Positions 31,583 through 45,428 of a stretch of 64,000 nt of DNA are shown piece by piece. Source of the DNA: Eledone cirrhosa (Eukaryota). Each line of letters begins with the position of its first letter. Within the stretch, counting starts at the first letter, position 1. The notes below the pieces were generated by a model. It saw nothing but the letters and a program-made list of their open reading frames with translations, made no database searches and was not told where the DNA came from. The stretch lies in contig OZ024749.1 of the NCBI GenBank assembly GCA_964016885.1, forward strand, positions 8,742,001 to 8,806,000, given 5' to 3'. A program made the translations under genes and the position numbers.

Positions 31583-33290
31583 ATAAAATTGAAAAAGTGG
31601 AGAATAACATGATCAACAGTACAAAAACGGAGATTTATTTACAGTCTAACAATTGTTTCACTGATAGAGTTGTCTAAAAATTTCTAAACACTATGATTAA
31701 CAAGAATCTCTCGAATACAATAAAATCTGGCAACTCAAGAATGCAAACATAGAATTCGAGATCACTGGTCAAAACTGTCAAAAGCACGGGCCTATCAAAT
31801 TGGTAGGTCCCACTGCAATCTCTGTAATATGGAACTTTTCCAGATTCTAAATTTCAGCAAAATTCTTCTCATCAGTAGAATTGAACGAATAATTTTTTGT
31901 CGGCATAAATCAGCAATGAAATTCGAGAACTTTAGACCAACTTAATTCAATCTTATCTTTTCCATAACCCTGATTGTACCATTTGGATCTACTACGATAT
32001 CATATTGTCAGCAGTATCTTCACCATTATAATTACCCAAGAACAGCATCAAAACCTCTTTATTTGCATTCTTATTTTATATATCTCTATCTTTTACGTTT
32101 TATCTTTGCATTTCTCTACCTAAACTTATTTCATCTCTGTCATTTTATCTTATCATATAATATATCTTGAACTAATTAATTTACTTATTAAAATAACCAA
32201 TACACACATAAATATATTCAACATTATTATATTTTCATCTTAATATCTATCCATATATTTAACAATTATCAAAAACTATTCTCAATAATCTTAACATTTT
32301 TAAATATTCTCCGTACTTTTTTACACATCTATTTATTTATTTTCATCTCCACTTTTCATATATTATACCATTTTTTACATTAGATGTAATTTATTTATTT
32401 ATTTATTTATATATTTATTTATTTATTCATCTATATATTTATCTATTTATTCATTCACTTATTTATTTATTTATGTATTTACTTATTTATTTATCTATCA
32501 AATTTTTATAGATATTTTTTATAGATTTTTTAATATATTTTTCATTCATTTCCTCGTGTATTTCTATGCATCTATCATTATTTCTACTTATATTTATTCT
32601 TATTTTAACGTCTATTCATCTATTTGCCCCTCTACTTTCTTCTCTCCATCTTATTTCCTCTTGTGTTTATCTATCACACTCATCTGTTTGTCCGTCTTTG
32701 TTTTTCTCTCTATCCTTCGATATCTCTACTTGCGTTTTTTTTTAGATGTAATAATTTGCCCTCTCCTTCTTCCTTCTCTATCTCTTTTTCTTTCTCCTTC
32801 GTCTTTCTCTAATTCTTTTTCTTTTTCCTTCTTCGTCTTTCTTCGTCCCTTCCTGTCTTTCTTTACTATCTACCTTTCTTCTCTCTATATCTTTATTATT
32901 AATATTATTATTGATGTATTAATTTGAATCTGTAAATTTGCCGGTTACGCATATTTTCTTTCAGTCTCTGAGGATATGATGGAGATAACATGTATTTTAA
33001 ATTCAGTGAAACTACTTTCAGTGTTTAGCAATGTTTAGACAACACTATCAGTGAAACAATGGTTAGACTGTAAATAAATCTCCTTTTTTGTATTCTTGAC
33101 CATGTTATTCTCCACTTTTTCAATTGTATTACTCCAAGATAAACTTACACAGGAATACAAGTGAAGTCATAAACTCGTCATCCACGTAAACCTCTTGTTG
33201 AGTCAAACAACGACGTACGCTAAAACTATCAATGATAAGAAGTATTCACAACCTCTAATCGGATTACCTATAACGATATCTTGTTATCCT
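31583..33290 (+). mobile_element. Degenerate PLE-like insertion with an inverted 5' segment and a hammerhead at 32962-33070
   Basis: 31583-31692 is the reverse complement of about 33020-33130. HHR: cagtct-CTGAGGA-(long stem II)-GAAA-caat(t/g)g-TT/agactg. The terminus is related to 58420-58625. Confidence 0.65.
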
Positions 33291-33547
33291 ATATATATAT
33301 ATATATATAAAACAAAAAAAAAAAATATATATATATATATACATATAAATATTAAAAAAAAAATATATATATATATGAATATATATATATACATATATAT
33401 GTATATATATATATACATATATATGTATATATATACATATATATGTATATATATACATATATATGTATATATATGTATACATATATATGTATATATATGT
33501 ATATATATATATATATGTATACATATATATGTATATATATATGTATA

Positions 33548-33584
<37 letters not shown>

Positions 33585-33611
33585 ACATATATATGTATAT
33601 ATATATGTATA

Positions 33612-33676
<65 letters not shown>

Positions 33677-33893
33677 TAGGTAATTCCGAAGAAAAGATAT
33701 ATAAATATATAAATATATAAATATAAATATATATATAGAGAGAGAGACATGCATACATAACTAAAGGCTATGTATGAATGTATGTATGTCTCACACTCTT
33801 TCTCTATATACATATGGGGGGGGGGGCGTGTGTATGTGTGTGTGTGGCTATATAGTTGGATGTATATAGTTATGTATGTATGTGTGTATGTAT

Positions 33894-34476
33894 GTACAAC
33901 CTATCGCATGGTCGGATCGTCGGCGACTAAACCGGCAACCCCACCAAGTTTACTTGGTGAGGATGGTGGTTTAGGACACCCAGCAGGACAAAAAACAAAA
34001 CCTGACAGAGGGTGGAAGAACTCATAAGAGTCAACGGCTATCCGAAAGTGTGTAAATATATATATACACATGTACATATGTATGTATATGTGTATATACA
34101 TGGGTGCATGTGTATGTATATGCCCGGGTACATAGAAATAGTCGGGCTGGACACCCGATCGCGCGGTTAAACCACTGGGAGTGAAGGACCCCTAGCCTTT
34201 GTCAGGGCATTCTTCTAGGAGAAGGCAACTCAGGAAACTGGGATAACTCCGATATAAAACCGGCGGCTCAGTAGTTACCGATGATGTTGATCTTTTCTTC
34301 TGTTCGGGTCATAGCTACTGTCACTCAGAGAGTGGGATTGGCTCAGTGCACAGTCTTTCCTCACTTCAAAAAATATTTTCACGCACAGGCATTGCACGAT
34401 AGAATTAATTAATAATTATAAATAATGGTATATCGTGCAATGGCCATATTCGATAACGAGGGAGCAGCCATCATCA
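33894..34476 (+). mobile_element. Non-autonomous RTE-derived element (5' UTR-like part plus 3' tail) in (TATG)n
   Basis: Homologous to 60824-61393 (-): same start gtacaacct, the motif ctaggagaagg(c/a)aactc, and the end ...cgag..gcagcca(t/c)cat followed by (gtat)n. Confidence 0.65.
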
Positions 34477-34813
34477 TATGTATGTATGTATGTATATAGT
34501 TATGCATGTATGTATGTATATAGTTATGTATGTATGTATGTATGTAGGTTTAGCAGTTGAACCTCCACCAAATACGACCTTCTTTTGTCCAGGTTAAAGA
34601 CATATATAAGAAAACAGTGGTTTGAGCCATCAACTAGTTGATACACTCATCAGCATTGTTTAACTGAGAGGTTCTCAAACGTTTTGGGTCACCGCCCTTC
34701 CTCAAAGTCACGTAATACCATCAGCGCCACCTCACCACTATTTCTAGAGAGACCCGACTAGAGGCAAATTGTAAATAATATACAATAAATATAATCGTTA
34801 ATTTATATATAAT

Positions 34814-35148
34814 GGTTTCTTATATAGGCACAAGGCCAGCAATTTGAAGGGAAGGGAAAAGTCTATTAAATCAACCCCTGTGCGTAACTGGTACTTTATT
34901 TTATCGACTCTGTAAGGATGAAATAATATGGTTCCTTATATAGGCACACGGCCAGCAATTTTTGGGAGGAGGGGAAAGTCGATTAAATCGACTCCAGTGC
35001 GTGACTGATACTTTATTTCATTGACCCCGTAAGCATAAAAGGCAAAGTTAACCTCTGCGGGATTTGAACTCAGATCGTAAAGGGCCGTAACTCTATGCTG
35101 CAAAGCATGGCGTCCGACACACTACCGATACTGCTAATCCACCGCCCT
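34814..35148 (-). mobile_element. Full SINE plus a duplicated 3' part inside one 17-bp TSD
   Basis: gttaatttatatataat at 34797-34813 and 35149-35165. Confidence 0.8.
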
Positions 35149-35370
35149 GTTAATTTATATATAATAATTAATATAATATATACTAATATTAAGAATACTA
35201 TTTATAGCTATGTATATTTTAAACTATAAACAACTATAAACAGGGCAGGTCAGTAATTTATTACTACCTTATTACCAGTAAGAGAAATAGCTCAATGTAA
35301 GAACATCAGTTGTTTTACAGAGCAGTAATATTGAATTCACAAATCCAAGCTATGTTCAAAACATTTATCC

Positions 35371-35415
35371 GCTGACAATTGTTTCTTCCAAACCTAGGCT
35401 TGGAGTCCTCGGAGC
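35371..35415 (-). ncRNA. Minimal hammerhead motif with CCGAGGA core variant, in a PLE terminus (about 35190-35530)
   Basis: gct-CCGAGGA-c-tccaagc(ctag)gtttgga-a-GAAA-caattg-TC/agc. Confidence 0.65.
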
Positions 35416-35585
35416 ATTTTTAATGATTGTACATATATAATTTACCTCCTACTCTACGTAAGAGACATACAGATACATATATATATATATTGATGTGCAA
35501 TGTGGAGTTGATGCGACATATATTATATTATATTATATACTATGTATAAACAGATATTATATAGTTTTTATTTTACTATCTTTAT

Positions 35586-37032
35586 CCCTTTAGCATTCAC
35601 ATTACTCTATATATATTATTATATTTTCATGGTAAAGGCTTTACCTCACATAATATCTCACATAACATTTACATTACTCTATATATATTATTATATTTTC
35701 ATGGTAAAGGCTTTACCTCACATAAATATCTCACATAACATTTACATTACTCTATATATAGTATTATATTTTCATGGTAAAGGCTTTACCTCACATAATA
35801 TCTCACATAACATTTACATTACTCTATAAATATTATTATATTTTCATGGTAAAGGTTTTACCTCACATAAATATCTCACATAACATTTACATTACTCTAT
35901 ATATATTATTATATTTTCATGGTAAAGGCTTTACCTCACATAAATATCTCACATAACATTTACATTACTCTATATATATTATTATATTTTCATGGTAAAG
36001 GCTTTACCTCACATAAATATCTCACATAACATTTACATTACTCTATATATATTATTATATTTTCATGGTAAAGGCTTTACCTCACATAATATCTCACATA
36101 ACATTTACATTACTCTATAAATATTATTATATTTTCATGGTAAAGGCTTTACCTCACATAATATCTCACATAACATTTACATTACTCTATATATATTATT
36201 ATATTTTCATGGTAAAGGCTTTACCTCACATAATATCTCACAAAACATTTACATTACTCTATATATATTATTATATTTTCATGGTAAAGGCTTTACCTCA
36301 CATAATATCTCACATAACATTTACATTACTCTATAAATATTATTATATTTTCATGGTAAAGGCTTTACCTCACATAATATCTCACATAACATTTACATTA
36401 CTCTATATATATTATTATATTTTCATGGTAAAGGCTTTACCTCACATAATATCTCACATAACATTTACATTACTCTATAAATATTATTATATTTTCATGG
36501 TAAAGGCTTTACCTCACATAATATCTCACATAACATTTACATTACTCTATATATATTATTATATTTTCATGGTAAAGGCTTTACCTCACATAATATCTCA
36601 CATAACATTTACATTACTCTATATATATTATTATATTTTCATGGTAAAGGCTTTACCTCACATAATATCTCACATAACATTTACATTACTCTATATATAT
36701 TATTATATTTTCATGGTAAAGGCTTTACCTCACATAATATCTCACATAACATTTACATTACTCTATAAATATTATTATATTTTCATGGTAAAGGCTTTAC
36801 CTCACATAATATCTCACATAACATTTACATTACTCTATATATATTATTATATTTTCATGGTAAAGGCTTTACCTCACATAATATCTCACATAATATCGAA
36901 TCTATGAGATTTTGAAAGTATTTATTTTGAGAACAATCCCTTAACATCAGTTTGAGCGACCAGTTACAGCCAGTTTCAACAGAAAGAGGTAGAGAATTCT
37001 GGCCGGTTTGGGCCGGTTTGAACACTAAAGGG
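35586..37032. mobile_element. piggyBac-like MITE
   Basis: TIRs ccctttagcattca / tgaacactaaaggg, flanked by TTAT and TTAA. Confidence 0.7.
35598..36895. repeat. 72/73-bp tandem array (~18 copies) inside the MITE
   Basis: Unit acattactctatatatattattatattttcatggtaaaggctttacctcacataatatctcacataacattt. Confidence 0.95.
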
Positions 37033-37683
37033 TTAAATATAATATGTGTATCATTTGATATTTAATATAATATTATATCATCTCTACCACCACCACTCCC
37101 TTAGGCCCCAGCATCCTCCGTGGGTGGTAGCGGCTACTTTCGGAACCTCTGGTTTAACTGTTGTAGGAAACTGCTACTTCTAATAATTCCTGGTAATGGA
37201 ATTAATGCCAGGTGGGATTCGGTGGGATCTGAAATCAGAACTCAAAGTACCGGAACAAATATTACACCTGATGATCTAGCAATCCCGCTAATCCCGCTAA
37301 TCCCAACGCTAATGACTGGTACTTTATTTTATCACGACCCCCCCCCCCTCCCAATAATTGTTTCCAATCTTGTCACAAGACTAGCAACTAGAAAGGAAGG
37401 GGAAAGTCGATTAAATTGATCCCAGTATTTTATCGGTACTCTATTTATTTCGACTCCGTAAGGATGAAAGGCAAAGCTAACATGGACGGGATTTGAACTC
37501 AGAACGTGAAACGCCGTAACTAAATGCTGAAAAGCATGGTGAAAGACTAAGTTAACCTTGGTGGGATTTGAACGTAGAACATAAACAATCGGAACACATA
37601 TCCCAAATCATCTAACATGTTAACAAATCAAACCAATCTGTCATCAATGACTGGATCTGGATTTTATTATCTTGAAATTTATA

Positions 37684-38298
37684 ACTTGTGGAGCTATGTC
37701 GAAGAAGCTGCTGTCGCGTGTAGGACGGATCCGGTTATCGAGTGAGTCCATTGTGCAGATAGTCCCGCCATCCTCCTTTAAAGAGGAGGAAGAGCAAGCA
37801 GTTTTCATCTGCCTGGTGGCCATGGCGAAAGAGATTGTGTGGTGGACAAGGTTGAAAGGGTTGAAGATGGACTTTCCTCTTCGGCCAATCCCTGGTTAAC
37901 TTATTCAAGTTTCACTTGAAGGTGGAGAGGCAAGTGCTGTCTTCTAGTAAGTTTGTAAGTTTGTTGAAAGGTGGGTTAAAGAGGCGAGTCTGGTCCGAGT
38001 GAACGGGCCTGCTCTGAGTATGCGCCCGTAGACTGAGGAGTGGGAAAACTGAGAGAGGGCGCTTGCCCTGGTGGTCATGGTGGCCGTGGTCTTTTTTGTG
38101 TGGTTTTCGCCACGAGTGACCCTCAGAGGTTTCCCCCTTTTTGGGGAATTTTTGTTGTTTGAATTTTTTTTTTATTTCTAGACCGATTTTGTTATAACCT
38201 TTTTACACGACCAAAACCCACTTTGTATCGTCCTGTACTGTTCTGTGGCGTCTCTAATGTTTTTCTTCGTGTTAGCCCTTGTGGCCAATAAAGAAACC
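37684..38298 (+). mobile_element. 5'-truncated Tx1/L1-like LINE 3' end
   Basis: ...AVFICLVAMAKEIVWWTRLKG... resembles the L1/Tx1 ORF2 C-terminal AK..IW..R motif. T-rich 3' UTR with aataaa. 18-bp TSD attatcttgaaatttata at 37666-37683 and 38299-38316. Confidence 0.7.
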
Positions 38299-38347
38299 AT
38301 TATCTTGAAATTTATATTATTATATTTTATATTATTATATTTTATTA

Positions 38348-38812
38348 GCTTTCTGATTTAAGCACAAAGTCAAGAATTTTGTGGGAGAGGGGAAAGTCGA
38401 TTATATCGGCACCAGTGCATTAATGGTACTTTGTTTTATCGACCCCGTAAGAATGAACGACAAAGCTAACTTCGGCGGGATTTGAAATCACAACGCAAAG
38501 GGCCATAACTCTGTGCCGCTAAGTATGTCGACCGATGCTCTACAAATCCACCGCCGTACGAAATATTACTAATAATTGTTTCTACTTTTGGCAAAAGGCC
38601 AGCAATTATTTCAGTACATGACTGGTACTTTATTTTATAGATCCCGTAAGGATGAATAGCAAAGTTAACCTCGGTGGGATTTGAACTCAGACTATAAAGG
38701 GAGGTAAATCTGTGCCGCTAACCATGGCGTCCAACCCTGTACAGATAATACCAACGCATATAATAATATTATCCCGAAAGGCAAAGTTGGTCTCGCTGGG
38801 ATTTGAACTCAG
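38348..38812 (-). mobile_element. Tandem SINE copies (another copy at 37355-37540)
   Basis: ctggtactttattttatcgaccccgtaaggatgaa..aagttaacctcggcgggatttgaactc pattern. Confidence 0.8.
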
Positions 38813-38996
38813 ATCAGAGAGAATACAGTTTCTATCCAACGATATATCGATCTCTAATTAATTAGATCTCACTTCATCAATCAAGTGCCTACGTCATACA
38901 CTTGACAAGAACTAATTTCCATGGAAATATATCTTCATTAACATGTTATTTATGTGGTTTTACCTCACACTGGCGTGGCGGAGGGAATCATTCTCA

Positions 38997-39147
38997 TACT
39001 GCTACTACTACTACTACCACTACCACTACTACTACTACTACTATTACTACTACTACTACCAATACTACTACTACAACTACTACTACTTCTACTACTACTA
39101 AAACTACTACTACTTCTACTACTAATACTACTACTACTACTACTACC

Positions 39148-39178
<31 letters not shown>

Positions 39179-39238
39179 ATACTACTGCTACTACTACTGC
39201 TACTACTACTACTACCACTACTACTATTGCTACTACTA

Positions 39239-39276
<38 letters not shown>

Positions 39277-39550
39277 GCTACTACTACTACAACTACACTT
39301 CGGGGGGACGAGGGGAGGGAGGAAGATGATGGGAAGAAGAAGACGAAGAACAAGAACAAAAAAGAAAAAGAAAAAAAAAGAAAAAAGAAAAAAGAAAAAA
39401 GAAAAAAGAAAAAAGAAAAAAGAAAAAAGAAAAAAGAAAAAAGAAAAAAGAAAAAAGAAAAAAGAAAAAAGAAAAAAGAAAAAAGAAAAAAGAAAAAAGA
39501 AAAAAGAAAAAAGAAAAAGAAGAAATGGGGAAAAAGGAAAAAAAAAGAAT
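38997..39550. repeat. (ACT)n followed by (GAAAAAA)n
   Basis: Direct inspection. Confidence 0.9.
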
Positions 39551-39728
39551 AATCAACCAGCACAGTAGGGAACTGGTACTTTATTTATCGACCTTCAAAA
39601 GAAGGATGTCATTTTACATCAGCTGGAGGTTCCATCAGACTCTCTAACGACCATTTGACCGCCATTGTTACACAATACATAGTCAGGATTATAAGGTAAT
39701 ATTCAGTCTCGTTCACCGTAATTGGTCA

Positions 39729-40340
39729 TAGCCTCCCCCTCCCTCCACTGCTACTATAGCCTCCCTCTTCCCTCCACTGCTACTATAGCTTCCCCCTTCC
39801 CTCCACTGCTACTATAGCCTCCCTCTCCCTCCACTGCTACTATAGCCTCCCTCTCCCTCCACTGCTACTATAGCCTCCCCCTCCCTCCACTGGTACTATA
39901 GCCTCCCTCTCCCTCCACTGCTACTATAGCCTCCCTCTCCCTCCACTGCTACTATAGCCTCCCTCTCCCTCCACTGCTACTATAGCCTCCCCCTCCCTCC
40001 ACTGGTACTATAGCCTCCCTCTCCCTCCACTGCTACTATAGCCTCCCTCTCCCTCCACTGCTACTATAGTCTCCCCCCTCCCTCCACCACTACTATAGCC
40101 TCCCCTCCTGCCAGAGGCTATAGTAGTGGTGGAGGGAGGGGGGAGACTATAGTAGCAGTGGAGGGAGAGGGAGGCTATAGTAGCAGTGGAGGGAGGGGGG
40201 AGGCTATAGTAGCAGTGGCGGGAGGGAGAGGCGTCCCCTCCCTCCACTGCAACTATAGTCTCCCCCTCCCGCCACTACTACTATAGTCTCCCCCTCCCGC
40301 CACTGTTACTATAGCCTCCCCCTTCCGCCACTGCTACCTC
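39729..40340. repeat. 28/29-bp C-rich minisatellite with an internally inverted block (about 40114-40232)
   Basis: Unit ctccctctccctccactgctactatagc; the central copies read gctatagtagcagtggagggagagggag. Confidence 0.92.
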
Positions 40341-40596
40341 CACGTCTACCCTACCCTCCCCCTTCCACCACTGCTACACCCAAGTCTCCCCTAGGCACCC
40401 CTACTCCCACGTCACCCTTACCTCCTCCCACTCCTCCCACCAGACCCTGTTTAGATTTATTGTCAATTTCTTGCTTCTATCTTAATGCACCATAACGTCC
40501 TGTATGATGAGAAACATTTCCCAATATGTAGCGACCAGCTCCATATGAGTGTATATATATATATAGAGATATATATATACATATATATATATATAG

Positions 40597-40637
<41 letters not shown>

Positions 40638-40659
40638 ACCAAATATATATATATATAAC

Positions 40660-40694
<35 letters not shown>

Positions 40695-40732
40695 TTATAT
40701 ATATATATATAACCAAATATATATATATATAA

Positions 40733-40778
<46 letters not shown>

Positions 40779-40798
40779 CCAAATATATATATATATAA

Positions 40799-40844
<46 letters not shown>

Positions 40845-40866
40845 CCAAATATATATATATATAACC

Positions 40867-40950
<84 letters not shown>

Positions 40951-41054
40951 CCATATATATATATATATATATATATATAACCATATATATATATATATAT
41001 ATATATATAACCATATATATATATATATATATATATATAACCAAATATATATAT

Positions 41055-41192
41055 ATAGGAACGAGTAGGACCCCGACGGCTGAGCTGCGCCGTCGGGGTC
41101 CTACTCGTTCCTATTACCCACTCTACTACCCTAAGTATTGAGTACTTTGGTGCGTTATGGTCCACCTGGTTCCTTACCACATTTCTTCCGTT
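41055..41192 (+). mobile_element. Short PLE-like 3' end with a 5' hairpin, in (TA)n; related rearranged copy at 46096-46283
   Basis: taggaacgagtaggaccccgacggc / gccgtcggggtcctactcgttccta inverted repeat. The 46242-46270 copy carries the HHR 3' half GAAA-cggct(tgagctc)agccg-TC/ggggtc. Confidence 0.7.
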
Positions 41193-41380
41193 ATGTATAT
41201 ATATATATAACCATATATATATGTATATATATATATATAACCATATATATATATATATATATATATATAACCATATATATATATATATAACCAAATATAT
41301 ATATATATATAACCATATATATATATGTATAACCATATATATATATAAATATATAACCATATATATATATAGATATATAA

Positions 41381-41428
<48 letters not shown>

Positions 41429-41452
41429 CCATATATATATAGAGATATATAA

Positions 41453-41500
<48 letters not shown>

Positions 41501-41577
41501 CCATATATATATATAACCATATATATATAGACACTCACACATGCATGTATATACACATGTATATATGAGTGTGTGTG

Positions 41578-41622
<45 letters not shown>

Positions 41623-41827
41623 ATATATACACACATATACGTACATATATATACACACACACACATATATATATATACGCACATATATATATATATATAT
41701 ATATAAATATATATATGTATATATATACATATCTATATACAGACATACGTATATATATATATATATATCCATATACATATATATCCATATACAGACATAT
41801 ACGTACATATGCACATATACATATATG

Positions 41828-41907
<80 letters not shown>

Positions 41908-42182
41908 ACACTACCATTATATAGGCAATTTTTCATGATACATAATTAAATGAACTACTTTACGTGTATTTTAAACTTAATCAAATAATTTTATTACCAC
42001 TTTGAATATGTACAATATTTATGGCGGTCGTTTTAGCACACGCAAATATAATATGGTGACTTGTATAGCTATAAACAACAACTATATACTATCCTATACA
42101 CACATATCTACATATACTTACATGCGCTATACAGCAGTACACTCGTTTACATACCTATAAACACCGACATAAACATATATGC

Positions 42183-42232
<50 letters not shown>

Positions 42233-42254
42233 ACATACATACATACATATATAC

Positions 42255-42291
<37 letters not shown>

Positions 42292-42506
42292 AGAAAAAAA
42301 AAGAGAATCAGTGTTGCGACGAATGGAATTTATTGGACATATTACAATCGTTTTTCTGGCGACCAGCTCGAGGCACGATCGAACCAGACTCTGAAAATCG
42401 CAAGGTCCTCAGATACGTCTTGATTCTACGAAGCATATTTTCCTATATATATATATAAGTAAATATATGAGTATATATATATAACTATATATATATATAT
42501 ATATAT

Positions 42507-42890
42507 CTAAGGCGGGTAAAATTCCCGAGATCCATGGACGAGTTCTCTCCAGCGGTCTCTGTCCCTCATTATCGCTGCCATGTCCTGCGTCTTCAACAGA
42601 CCAGTGTCTGTCCTTAGGGCATCAACATACGTTAACCTTGGTCTTCCTCTTCTAGTGTGTCCATGTAGGGGCTCCCACATGAGCACTGAGTGCAATGTCA
42701 ACTCTGGATGTCGGTGAGCATGTCCAGCTAACCTCTACACCAACACCAAAGCCCAAGTCATTACACCTGATGGGATGACAGAGTTCTTTGAGATACTGGC
42801 TGGAGTGCTCCAGGGAGATACATTTGCTCCCTACCTTTTTATCATCGTAGTGGACTATTGTATGCGCCTTGCACTGGAGGACTCTGGCTT

Positions 42891-42893
<3 letters not shown>
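42507..42893 (-). mobile_element. RTE-like LINE insertion with 5' inversion, in (TA)n
   Basis: Minus strand 42507-42728: AGHAHRHPEL..VLMWEPLHGHTRRGRPRLTYVDALRTDTG...WRELV..*. Plus strand 42727-42893: LYTNTKAQVITPDGMTEFFEILAGVLQGDTFAPYLFIIVVDY (RT motif). Confidence 0.85.
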
Positions 42894-42938
<45 letters not shown>

Positions 42939-43186
42939 AAGGTATATATGGAGTTAGAAACTCAAAATAGTCTCTTACAATATAATAGCTGAAGGAAAGA
43001 GATTTTCCGAGCCGTATATTATAATTGAATATAAAAGAGAGATAAACACAGATATATACATATATATGTTCAAATCATGAGGGACCAGGTGAAAAAAATG
43101 CTAACTATGGACAATAGGGTTTGCCAGACTCAATTTAAGAATAAATCAAGAAAATAAATACAAACCGGAATTGTGGTAACTACCAA

Positions 43187-43266
43187 TCACCCAGATAGCG
43201 TTTGGCGATGCTGTTTCGCAAATTAATTGTAAAGAGGATTACCAATTATTGCTCATCAGTGGGTGA
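43187..43266 (-). ncRNA. Type I hammerhead ribozyme motif
   Basis: tcaccca-CTGATGA-gcaa.taattg.gtaa(tcctct)ttac.aatta.tttgc-GAAA-cagc(atcgccaaac)gcta-TC/tgggtga; perfect 7-bp stem I. Confidence 0.8.
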
Positions 43267-43575
43267 AAAATGAGTAAACTCCTCACTAGTAAGTATATCA
43301 GAAAAATTGAATAGTGTGCGTATATACAATAACGCACATGGTATCAGAACCGTGCGTATCTCACCAACTCACGCCACTAAAAATAGCAGCCAAAATATAC
43401 CATTGATATATTCGGCTCCGTTAATTTGTTGAGCTAATTTAAATGCCGGGTAAACTTGGCTGCTATTATTAGTGGCGTAAGTTTGTGAGACACGTTAGGT
43501 TCTGATACCATCTGCGTTATATATCTGAGAATAGCCACTGATGATTATACATACATATATTGAGAAAGAATTATG

Positions 43576-43624
<49 letters not shown>

Positions 43625-43709
43625 AAAATAATAAATTTGAAGACTAAAATATCCAAAGAGGGCTCGATAAGAATAAATATATATCAAATATATAAGAACC
43701 TTTAGAGCA

Positions 43710-44541
43710 AATATTTATTAAAATAACAGATTAAAGTTTAAGCAAAGAATCGCAGCTTTCACCCTTAACGGGATCTTATGAGACTAACAAAGTCAATCTG
43801 TGAACGCAGAAGTGAATATTTCAAAAAACATTGCAACCGGAGGAAGACAGGAAGACGATACTTTGGTTCGTGGAAACGTTCCCTGGCAAGGAACGGGAAA
43901 AAACGAATATTATACGTCATTATTTGGAGCGGTGAAAAACAATTACACGCAAAGACAAAACCACGTTTATGGTATAAAAGAAGTCGTAGACTAATATTCT
44001 CTTAGGTGGTGCATCGAGCCGTTCTCTGGCAATGAACGGAAAAAACGAAGATAATACGTCATATGTGGAGCGTGGAGAACAATGGCACGCACAAGACAAA
44101 ACAACGTAAATGGTATAACTGAAGTCGTAGACTAAAATTCTAACTAGGAAACCGAATGATTCTCGGCTTCAGAGTTAAGCATAAAGTAAATAAAATACAG
44201 AGGTAATTGAAATTAAATAAATACATACACGCATCCATATACGTACATACACAAGCATACGCGAAAACACTCGCCATAGGTATACAAATACACTCACATA
44301 TAAATATGTGTGTGTGTGTGTGTGTGCGTATATACAAATAATTAAATAAACGTATATAACAAGCGCACACACATACCTACATGTAAATACACAAATGTTC
44401 CGATACCTACTTCAACCAAAACACGAAGTACACATACACACACCCTACATACGTACGAACCCGCATATTCACACAGACGCCGGTTAAGGGTGAAAGCAGC
44501 GATTCTTTGGTTAAACTTTAATCTATTATTTTAATAAATAT
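43710..44541. repeat. Element bounded by ~60-bp inverted repeats, with an internal ~130-bp direct duplication; another inverted repeat lies at about 43329-43520
   Basis: atatttattaaaataacagattaaagtttaagcaaagaatcgcagctttcacccttaac versus its reverse complement at 44481-44541. Confidence 0.8.
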
Positions 44542-44554
44542 ATATATATATATA

Positions 44555-44801
44555 TTGTTATACTTTGGGAGGGTCATGTTGCCAATAAGAAACACACGCA
44601 CCAGTTGCTTTCACTTCAATTTATTATAAATTAAATTTATAAATTTAGGAATTTATAAATTTCCGGTTGGTTGGTTGGTTCCACAACCAGACGATCGTTC
44701 ATATATTGTCAAAGTTCTTTCGTCACATATTCTGTGACCTCTTCAGTGACTGGGGATTCTTTTCTTTGTTTTTGTGCCTCTCCTTTGTTCTGTCCTACGC
44801 C
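44555..44801 (-). mobile_element. PLE 3' end (copy of 657-900) with hammerhead at 44708-44750
   Basis: High identity to 657-900; flanked by (TA)n. Confidence 0.85.
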
Positions 44802-45163
44802 TGTCCTACTAGTATATATATATATATATATATATACTCCAGCAAACACGACGGCTGGAAGACCCTTTTAGGAACTAATATGTCTGCTGGGGACACGAGC
44901 AAAAGGAAGTGTGTTATTTCCTGCAGGCGACATATCAAATAAATCGACTTCATCTGAGGATACCGTTCTCATAACAACAAATGCATGAAGCACTTCTCGA
45001 TTGCATGGTGCACCGCGGAAATAATTACCATGATTAATCAATTTATGTAACCTCAGCATCTTATTTTGTTACTTTTATTAAAAAATCTCTATCGTAACTA
45101 AAAACTGCGATTGTCGAGAGCTTTCTTCTGCTTACGCCCGTTTTTACCAAAACAATCTCTTCA

Positions 45164-45229
<66 letters not shown>

Positions 45230-45428
45230 TGGTAAAAGGAAAAGAAAATGCTGACAAATTGTTCCCAGTGAAAAATAGTTTAATTAGTAATAAGTATTGG
45301 TTAGTATTCAGTTTTAGTTTTAAGTTTTTACCGGTTGCACATTTCTAATGCTTTTCAAAAATAATTTTGAGATAGAGCGCCCGTGATGTTTGCTCTAATC
45401 TGTTAGAAATTATTTCAATAATTTCTCA

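Larger units (their letters stand above)
34666..37151. mobile_element. hAT-like non-autonomous DNA transposon carrying nested insertions
   Basis: 8-bp TSD GTTTAACT at 34658-34665 and 37152-37159. Imperfect TIRs gagaggttctcaaa / tttcggaacctctg. Confidence 0.7.

Noticed and set aside
36065-36907. 280-aa repeat protein
   Set aside because: It is the translation of a 72-bp array inside a MITE, and 73-bp units break the frame upstream.
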